Below the pieces are notes generated by a model that was not told the DNA's origin, did no database searches, and worked only from the letters and a program-made list of their open reading frames with translations. Source: an uncultured bacterium (lineage in GTDB: Bacteria; Chloroflexota; Dehalococcoidia; Lucifugimonadales; UBA3495). Taken from it: a stretch of 54,969 nt of DNA. Below are positions 47,961-54,969 of the stretch, one piece after another. The stretch spans positions 1 through 54,969 of the forward strand of contig CAXEOX010000006.1 of assembly GCA_963997925.1 (NCBI GenBank). The letters are read 5' to 3'. A program made the position numbers and the translations under genes. Position 1 is the stretch's first letter, and each line of letters begins with the position of its first letter.

Positions 47961-48062
47961 CGAGCTGTCTGATTTCAGCTTTCAGCGGTCAGGGGAAATC
48001 CCCCCAACCCCCTTTTACGAAAGTGTGGCTATATGACCTTGTGACCTGGGAGAGCGTCTAGT

Positions 48063-49985
48063 ATGGAGTGGGCCTGGTTGATTCCAGTGTTCAGCTTTGC
48101 CGCCGCCCCGTTGATTGTGGTGTTCGGACGGGTGCTGCCGGGAAAGGGTTCGGTCCTGGCTATCCTGGCCATCACCGCCGGTTTTGGTCTGTTCTGGTGG
48201 GTGTTCGCTGGATTCCTGGGCGCGGGCGCTGGCACCGAGAACTGCGAGATAAGCCACTATACCGAGACCTTGACCTGCCATTATGAGATGGCCTGGTTCA
48301 ATGCAGGGCTGGCGGGTGAGGCGTCGAGTGTATTGCTCACCTGGGGGTTCATCGTAGATCCCCTGACTGTAGCTATGCTCGGACTGGTTACCTTCGTGGC
48401 CTTGATGGTTCAGATATATTCCCTGGGTTATATGAAATGCGACTCCAGGTTCGGCTGGTACTACGCCGTCCACGCCATGTTCGCCGCCGCCATGTTGACC
48501 CTGGTATTGGCCGATAACTTCCTCCTTCTATACGTAGCTTGGGAGTTGGTCGGAATATGTTCCTACTTGCTGATCGGCTTCTGGCACGAAAGACCGGCCG
48601 CCAAGGAAGCTGCCAAGAAAGCATTTATAGTTACCCGCATCGGCGATGTGGGGATGCTTATCGGTATCCTGCTGATTTACCGGGAGGTAGGCAGCTTCAG
48701 CATGTTCGACGCCTTTGAGGCGGTCAGCAGCGGAGCTATGACTCAAGGAGTGACCACTATAGCGGCCCTGCTGCTGTTCCTGGGGGCCATGGGCAAGTCG
48801 GCCCAATTCCCCTTCCACGTTTGGCTACCTGACGCTATGGAGGGCCCGACTCCGGTAAGTGCGCTGATACATGCCGCCACGATGGTCGTGGCCGGTGTTT
48901 TCCTGGTGGCCCGCGTCTACCCGATATTCAGCGCCTACGACGGCGATGCTCTGTTTGTTGTGGCAGTCGTCGGTCTTATCACGGCCCTGATGGCATCGAC
49001 CATCGCCCTGGTTTCGGTGGATCTGAAACGCATCCTGGCTTACTCAACCATCAGCCATCTGGGTTTGATGATGCTAGCTCTGGGGGCAGCGGGTTACACC
49101 GCAGCGATATTCCATCTGCTGGCCCACGGCTTTGCCAAGGCGTTGCTGTTCCTGGGAGCAGGAAGCGTGATGCACGGCACCGACGAACTGGACATAAGAA
49201 AGATGGGCGGTCTCCGAAAGGCGATGCCCATGACAGCGTTTCTATTTTCGTTAGGGGCACTGTCCCTGGGTGGTATTCCCATCCTCAGCGGCTTCTGGAG
49301 CAAGGACGAGATATTGCTAGCCGTCAATGACCACCTTAACAAGTCCTTCATCGTGCTAGCCCTTTTCACTGCGTTCCTCAGCGCCATGTACATGGCCCGG
49401 GCGATGTTTGTGCCCTTCTTCGGCAAGATGGGCGAAGACATGGATCACGCCCACGAATCCCCGATGGCGATGATTGTGCCCATGGCGCTGTTGGGAATCT
49501 TTGCGGCCTTCTTCGGGTTTGCGGCTTTCAACTGGCCCGGCAGCTACGATGGTATCGGCAGCTTCATTTTCTTCCATGAGGCCGAGGGCTTCCACTTTAA
49601 TTGGTGGCTGGGCATCACTTCGATAATCCTAGCGGTGGGAGCATTCGTCCTTGGGTATCTGATATACCTGAAGGGCAGCGTCTCGCTGGAAGGATTTCAT
49701 TCCAAGATGGGTAGCTTGGTCCGGGTGGCGGAAGGCAAGTATTACTTCGACGAGGTATACCAGTGGATGGTGGACCATGTCGTGATGCTCCTAGCCAATT
49801 TCATCGGTCTCTTTGATCGGGTCGTAGTTAACGACCTGGCGGTCAACGGTCCGGCCAATACGGTGCGGCGGCTGGGAATCGTCATGCGGCTGCATGTGAC
49901 TGGTCATGTCTATAGCTATGCTCTGGGCATGGTGGTCGGCACAGTAGCGCTTTCCCTCTTCTGGTGGTTCAGGGCGGTCTCGTAA
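48063..49985 (+). CDS. nuoL: NADH-quinone oxidoreductase subunit L
   Basis: WELVG..SYLLIGF, GKSAQFP.HVWLPDAMEGPTPVSALIHAATMV. Confidence 0.96.
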   Translation: MEWAWLIPVFSFAAAPLIVVFGRVLPGKGSVLAILAITAGFGLFWWVFAGFLGAGAGTENCEISHYTETLTCHYEMAWFNAGLAGEASSVLLTWGFIVDPLTVAMLGLVTFVALMVQIYSLGYMKCDSRFGWYYAVHAMFAAAMLTLVLADNFLLLYVAWELVGICSYLLIGFWHERPAAKEAAKKAFIVTRIGDVGMLIGILLIYREVGSFSMFDAFEAVSSGAMTQGVTTIAALLLFLGAMGKSAQFPFHVWLPDAMEGPTPVSALIHAATMVVAGVFLVARVYPIFSAYDGDALFVVAVVGLITALMASTIALVSVDLKRILAYSTISHLGLMMLALGAAGYTAAIFHLLAHGFAKALLFLGAGSVMHGTDELDIRKMGGLRKAMPMTAFLFSLGALSLGGIPILSGFWSKDEILLAVNDHLNKSFIVLALFTAFLSAMYMARAMFVPFFGKMGEDMDHAHESPMAMIVPMALLGIFAAFFGFAAFNWPGSYDGIGSFIFFHEAEGFHFNWWLGITSIILAVGAFVLGYLIYLKGSVSLEGFHSKMGSLVRVAEGKYYFDEVYQWMVDHVVMLLANFIGLFDRVVVNDLAVNGPANTVRRLGIVMRLHVTGHVYSYALGMVVGTVALSLFWWFRAVS

Positions 49986-49992
49986 GGATAGG

Positions 49993-51504
49993 ATGGAGAA
50001 CTTCGATCAAATAGCTCTGGCGCTGGTCATTTTCGTTCCCTTGGTGGGGGCGATCTTGGCTATGTTCATGCCCGCCGACCGACAGAAGGACGTATGGTAC
50101 TTCGCCATCGTGGTGGCCGGATTGAGCCTTATTCTCTCCGTGTATATCTTCGTCCGGTACGACTACGGGGCGGGCGGGTTCCAATTCCACGACAATTACC
50201 CGTGGCTGCCCGCTCCGGTGGACATCAACCTATCACTGGCCGTTGATGGGATAAGCGCCCTCCTGATTCTGCTGAACGGCATCATCCTGTTCGGCGGCGT
50301 GCTGATATCACAAACCATCGTCTATCGACCCCGGGACTTCTTCGTCCTATTGCTGGCCTTGGGTGCCGGCGTCTTTGGGACTTTTGCGGTAAGGGACTTG
50401 TTCTTCCTGTTTTTCTTCTACGAACTGGCTGTGCTGCCCATGTATCTGCTGATTGGAGTGTGGGGCAGCTCGACCGACTTCCGCACCTTCTTCCGCACCA
50501 AAGACTACGCCGCTATGAAGCTGTTTATATTCCTGGTGGCGGGGAGCGTGCTGGTATGGATCGGCATCCTGGCGATGTACATGGGAGCTTCGGATGCGGG
50601 ATTCTCCACCTTCTCGCTGGAAACCCTGGGCGGCTTGGCCGAGGCGGGGCGGTTCAGCGAGAGCTTCCAGACCTGGGTGTTCCCCCTGTTCATGGTCGGG
50701 TTTGGAGTCTTGGCCGGTCTATGGCCTTTCCATACTTGGTCACCGGACGGACACGTTGCCGCGCCCACGGCGGTCAGCATGTTGCACGCCGGGGTGCTGA
50801 TGAAGCTGGGAGCTTACGGCATCATCCGGGTCGGCATGGTGCTCCTTCCCGAGGGAGCGGAAAACTGGATGCCCGTGTTGATAACCTTGGGCACGGTGAA
50901 CGTCCTTTACGGTGCGGTCTCGGCCATGTCCCAGACCGATCTCAAGTACGTGATTGGCTATTCCAGCGTCAGCCACATGGGTTACGTTCTCATGGGAATC
51001 GCCACCTTGGATCGCATCGGCGTTGGCGGGGCGGTCCTGCAGATGTTCTCCCACGGAATCATGACGGCCCTCATGTTCCTTTTGGTCGGGGCGATCTACG
51101 ATCGGACCCACACTAGGGACATCAATGTTCTGCGGGGTCTGTTCAGCCGGATGGGGGTTACTGGTTTCTTCTTCGCCATCGCCGGTTTGGCCTCGCTGGG
51201 CCTGCCGGGGCTAAGTGGGTTCATCGCCGAATTTATGGTATTTACCGGAGCGTTCCGTACATATCTACCGTTGGCGGTTTTGGCCGTGATAGGCGCTGCG
51301 CTAACCGCGGTCTACATCCTACGGTTGCTGGCTCTGACCTTTCTCGGTGAGTCCGACGAGCGGTGGGAACACCTCACCGATGCCAGTCCCGTGGAGAAGA
51401 CAGTGGGTGGAGTTTTCGTATTAATCTTGATTTTTGTGGGTGTCTGGCCTGAGCCGTTGATGCGGCTCATCAACGTCAGCGTAGACGCCCTCCCCGGAGT
51501 GTAG
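49993..51504 (+). CDS. nuoM: NADH-quinone oxidoreductase subunit M
   Basis: FFYE..LPMY, PFHTW.P..H..APT, KLGAYG, YSSVSHMG, LPGLSGFIAEF. Confidence 0.95.
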   Translation: MENFDQIALALVIFVPLVGAILAMFMPADRQKDVWYFAIVVAGLSLILSVYIFVRYDYGAGGFQFHDNYPWLPAPVDINLSLAVDGISALLILLNGIILFGGVLISQTIVYRPRDFFVLLLALGAGVFGTFAVRDLFFLFFFYELAVLPMYLLIGVWGSSTDFRTFFRTKDYAAMKLFIFLVAGSVLVWIGILAMYMGASDAGFSTFSLETLGGLAEAGRFSESFQTWVFPLFMVGFGVLAGLWPFHTWSPDGHVAAPTAVSMLHAGVLMKLGAYGIIRVGMVLLPEGAENWMPVLITLGTVNVLYGAVSAMSQTDLKYVIGYSSVSHMGYVLMGIATLDRIGVGGAVLQMFSHGIMTALMFLLVGAIYDRTHTRDINVLRGLFSRMGVTGFFFAIAGLASLGLPGLSGFIAEFMVFTGAFRTYLPLAVLAVIGAALTAVYILRLLALTFLGESDERWEHLTDASPVEKTVGGVFVLILIFVGVWPEPLMRLINVSVDALPGV

Positions 51505-51507
51505 GTC

Positions 51508-53013
51508 TTGATACCGGGTTTAACCGACAATCTACAACTGCTGACTCCGGAGTTCGCTCTGGCTGGGCTGGCACTGCTGGTGTTCGCCGTGGACTTGGTT
51601 ATTCCAGAGAGCCGAAAGAACCTGCTGGGTTGGCTGTCCATCGCCGGGTTGGCTGGCTTGATTGTGCTGTCTCTGTGGTTGCTCTGGGGGGAGAGCGAGT
51701 CCCTCTATAACGGACTCTTGGCGGTTGACGCATTCTCCCTGTTCTTCAAGGTATTCTTCTTGGGACTGGGTATTTTCATCATCCTCAGTTCCATGGACTA
51801 CGTGGAGAAAAATCTGACCAGCAGGGGCGAGTTCTACGGACTGATACTGTTCTCCATCCTGGGCATGAACGTGATGGCCCAATCCCGGGAGTTGCTGACG
51901 GCCTACATCTCCCTCGAGCTACTTAGCTTCTGCCTATATGTGCTGGCGGCCTACGCCCGGAACGAAGCTAAGTCCAACGAGGCCGGGTTGAAGTACATCA
52001 TCATCGGCGCGTTCTCGTCTGCGCTCTTGCTTTATGGCATAAGCATGGTCTACAGCACCCTGGGAGTGACCCAGTTCGATTCCATCAGCGCGGCGCTGAC
52101 GAATGCCGGAGATGTTAGCCCGGCATTGTGGGTCGGCATGTCCTTGATTCTGGTAGGACTGGGATTCAAATTGGCGGCGGTGCCGTTCCACATGTGGGCG
52201 CCGGACGTCTACGAAGGAGCGCCGTTCCCGGTAACGGCGTACCTGGCGATCGCTTCCAAGGCAGCGGCTTTCGCGCTGGTGCTGCGGTTGTTCGCCGAAG
52301 GCTTTTTGCCCGCTGCCGACCAATGGCAGATCGTGGTGGCGGTGCTGGCCAGTATAACCATGCTGGGAGGCAACCTGGTAGCCCTGGCCCAGCACAACAT
52401 AAAACGGTTGATGGCATACTCAAGCATCGGTCAGGTCGGGATAATCTTGACCGGTATCGCGGCATTGTCCGCCGACTCCATCTTGCCGGCCAGCGGTGTG
52501 ATGCTGTATCTGGTCGGTTATTCCCTGACCAACATGCTAGTGTTCGCCGGTTTGATTTCCTTCTTCAACATGACGGGAAAGGATGAGATAGCCGATTTCA
52601 GAGGATTGGCCGATGGGCAGCCCTTCTTGGCGGCGACCATCGCCATCGGTCTGTTCTCGCTGGGTGGATTACCCATCTTCGCCGGGTTTACCATCAAGTT
52701 CTATCTCTTTACCGCCTTGGCCAGCCAAGGGATGCTTTGGTTGGCCGGTCTGGCAATCTTCAGCAGCTTAATCTCCCTGTATTACTATCTACAGGTCATT
52801 CGGCAGATGTACATCAGGCCGGTTGAAGAAGTGGCGGAGGCCATCGCCGGGGGAGAAGTTCATGTTCCCGAAGGCACCGACGCTTCGACGTCGCCTTTGA
52901 TTCTGGCGGTTCAAGCGGTTACTCTAATGGGAGTATTCTGGGTGGGGGTTTATCCTGCGCCCTTCCTGATGGTCATCGACGCAGCCAGTCACGCCATCCT
53001 ACCTGGCCTTTAA
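51508..53013 (+). CDS. nuoN: NADH-quinone oxidoreductase subunit N
   Basis: EAGLKY, FKLAAVPFHMWAPDVYEGAP, KRLMAYSSI. Confidence 0.95.
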   Translation: MIPGLTDNLQLLTPEFALAGLALLVFAVDLVIPESRKNLLGWLSIAGLAGLIVLSLWLLWGESESLYNGLLAVDAFSLFFKVFFLGLGIFIILSSMDYVEKNLTSRGEFYGLILFSILGMNVMAQSRELLTAYISLELLSFCLYVLAAYARNEAKSNEAGLKYIIIGAFSSALLLYGISMVYSTLGVTQFDSISAALTNAGDVSPALWVGMSLILVGLGFKLAAVPFHMWAPDVYEGAPFPVTAYLAIASKAAAFALVLRLFAEGFLPAADQWQIVVAVLASITMLGGNLVALAQHNIKRLMAYSSIGQVGIILTGIAALSADSILPASGVMLYLVGYSLTNMLVFAGLISFFNMTGKDEIADFRGLADGQPFLAATIAIGLFSLGGLPIFAGFTIKFYLFTALASQGMLWLAGLAIFSSLISLYYYLQVIRQMYIRPVEEVAEAIAGGEVHVPEGTDASTSPLILAVQAVTLMGVFWVGVYPAPFLMVIDAASHAILPGL

Positions 53014-53055
53014 TCCTGATTGTGCGACAGTAGTCGCTAAGGTGGGTTTGGAAAA

Positions 53056-53544
53056 ATGATTATATCTGTTATCGGTGGAAGCAACCCCACTAATCCAGAG
53101 CACGTTCGGTTGGCCGAAGAAGTTGGCCGGGAGTTGGCAACCCGTGGCGTGAGCCTGGTCTGCGGTGGGCTGAGCGGAATCATGGAAGCGGCCTGCAAAG
53201 GGGCTAAATCGGCGGGCGGGACCACCATCGGGATATTGCCGGGACGTTCCAACCGGGACGCTAATTCCTACGTAGATATTCCCATCGTCACAACCATGGG
53301 CTTCTCGCGAAACGTCATAGTAGTTCACACAGGGGAAGCCGTGATTGCCATCGGCGGTGCGTTCGGGACTCTATCGGAGATCGGCCATGCCCTGGGAGAC
53401 GGTATTCCGGTGGTTGCACTGAATACCTGGCCGTTGTCCAAGAACGGCGACGGGCAACCGGTCAACGGAGCAATGATTCAAGCGACCGGTGCCGTGGACG
53501 CCGTGGACAAAGCAATCGCTGCAGCAGAGGCCCGGAACAGCTAG
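53056..53544 (+). CDS. LOG/TIGR00725 family protein
   Basis: LVCGGLSGIMEAACKGA, TIGILPG, RN..V, GG.FGTLSE. Confidence 0.85.
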   Translation: MIISVIGGSNPTNPEHVRLAEEVGRELATRGVSLVCGGLSGIMEAACKGAKSAGGTTIGILPGRSNRDANSYVDIPIVTTMGFSRNVIVVHTGEAVIAIGGAFGTLSEIGHALGDGIPVVALNTWPLSKNGDGQPVNGAMIQATGAVDAVDKAIAAAEARNS

Positions 53545-53643
53545 GGTTATTCCTGGGTTAGATTCCCGGCGGTACGATATTGGTGGGTCGAGGATGCGAC
53601 AAATCATGCGTCATATAGCTGGTTTCCCTCGGACCGAAACCCC

Positions 53644-54969
53644 ATGGTAGGCCGTGACGCTGGAGCGACGATTGCCAGTGTCCGGGGCAGGGAGATCCTG
53701 GATTCTCGGGGTAATCCCACGGTGGAAGCCGAGGTGACCCTCTCCAACGGGACTCAGGTTCACGCAGCGGTCCCATCCGGGGCCAGCACCGGCAGCCATG
53801 AAGCCTGGGAACTGAGAGACCGGGACCCGGACCGCTATCGGGGCAACGGGGTCCTCAAAGCGGTGGCCAACGTAGACGACATGCTAGGCGCATCGTTAGT
53901 GGGCCGTTCCCCAACGGACCAGGAGGGCATAGACCTCCGGCTCATCGAACTTGACGGCACCCCCGACAAAAGCAACCTGGGCGTCAACGCCGTTCTCGCC
54001 GTTTCCATGGCTGTGGCCAAAGCCGGCGCCGCCGTCCAGAACGGAGGCGAAGGCGTATCTTTCTGGCGCTATCTTGCGGCTGGGGGCGAAGTGAGCCTGC
54101 CAGTCCCCATGTTCAACATCCTCAACGGCGGCGCCCACGCCTCCAACTCCACCGATATCCAAGAGTTCATGGTCGCCCCGGTGGGATTGGCAAGTTTCTC
54201 TGAAGCATTACGGGCCGGATCTGACATCTACCACGCCCTTCGAGGTCTGCTTAGAGAAGGTGGACATAACCTGAATGTTGGAGACGAAGGAGGGTTCGCC
54301 CCGACTTTGCCTTCCAACCGGGACGCCTTGGAGTTGGTGCTGAGGGCAGTGGAAACAGCCGGATACATTCCGGGCCGGGACGTTTATCTGGCACTGGATG
54401 TCGCTGCCTCCGAACTTTTCCAGGAACGAGCGGGCAAGTACCTACTGGAGCGTGAGGGAACGAGTTTCACTGCGGAAGAGATGGGCGATATCTACGCCCG
54501 TTGGGTCGTCGAATATCCCATCATCAGCATCGAAGATGGATTGGATGAGAACGATTGGGCAGGCTGGTCCAATCTAACCCAACGAGTGGGAGAAACCGTC
54601 CAATTGGTGGGAGACGACCTGCTGGTCACCAACACAAGCCGCATCCAAGAGGGCATCGACACCCGCGCGGCCAATTCGGTTCTACTGAAACCCAATCAGA
54701 TCGGCACCATCACAGAAACCCTTCAAGCTCTGACCTTGGCCCGGTCGGCGGGCTGGAGCGGCGTGATGAGCCACCGTTCGGGGGAGACTGAGGACACCAC
54801 AATCGCCGACTTGGCAGTGGCCTGGAATGTTGGGCAGATAAAGACCGGCGCGCCGGCCCGGTCGGAGCGGGTAGCCAAGTACAACCGGTTGCTGCGCATC
54901 GAGGCGGAGTTGGGGCCGTCGGCCAAGTATGCCGGGCTTGAGGCTTTTAAGCATATCAAGGTGGGGTGA
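53644..54969 (+). CDS. eno: Enolase
   Basis: [52 protein letters not shown]. Confidence 0.97.
   Translation: MVGRDAGATIASVRGREILDSRGNPTVEAEVTLSNGTQVHAAVPSGASTGSHEAWELRDRDPDRYRGNGVLKAVANVDDMLGASLVGRSPTDQEGIDLRLIELDGTPDKSNLGVNAVLAVSMAVAKAGAAVQNGGEGVSFWRYLAAGGEVSLPVPMFNILNGGAHASNSTDIQEFMVAPVGLASFSEALRAGSDIYHALRGLLREGGHNLNVGDEGGFAPTLPSNRDALELVLRAVETAGYIPGRDVYLALDVAASELFQERAGKYLLEREGTSFTAEEMGDIYARWVVEYPIISIEDGLDENDWAGWSNLTQRVGETVQLVGDDLLVTNTSRIQEGIDTRAANSVLLKPNQIGTITETLQALTLARSAGWSGVMSHRSGETEDTTIADLAVAWNVGQIKTGAPARSERVAKYNRLLRIEAELGPSAKYAGLEAFKHIKVG

Noticed and set aside
1-54969. Genome-wide reassignment of UGA (genetic code 4/25)
   Set aside because: TGA terminates conserved genes at their normal ends (nuoC, nuoD, nuoI, nuoK, eno). 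In-frame TGAs were found only at redox-Cys positions.
1-54969. tRNA-Sec, selA/selB/selD, rRNA, CRISPR, transposases
   Set aside because: None recognised in this window. The Sec machinery must lie elsewhere if the selenoprotein calls are right.

Overview
Core-chromosome window (~58% GC by eye), most consistent with a Chloroflexota (Dehalococcoidia/SAR202-like) bacterium; this is inferred from gene content. It carries a NuoE/NuoF/NuoG(Fdh-like) NADH module plus ferredoxin-NADP reductase, and DNA-repair genes (mutS, mutL, Ogg-type glycosylase, DnaQ-DinG). It also has a DUF2298/Agl23-type membrane glycosylation cluster, ftsY, rnc, a CCA-type nucleotidyltransferase, trmD, an 11-subunit nuoABC-D-HIJKLMN operon lacking nuoEFG and interrupted by two HicB-fold genes, and enolase. 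The main hidden signal is four genes that the ORF track splits or truncates. Each contains an in-frame TGA exactly at a redox-Cys position (UGSC family, ArsC/Spx-like, DsbA/Rv2466c-like, DUF3179). Each TGA is followed 13-16 nt later by a 6-7 bp hairpin with a GU-rich loop (AGUGU, AGUUG, AUGU, CGUGU). This indicates four cryptic selenoproteins with a shared compact SECIS, while TGA still works as an ordinary stop elsewhere in the window. Intergenic regions hold several families of short palindromic repeats, including a 144-nt MITE-like pair in inverted orientation just after mutS and mutL. No rRNA, tRNA, CRISPR array or transposase was recognised.
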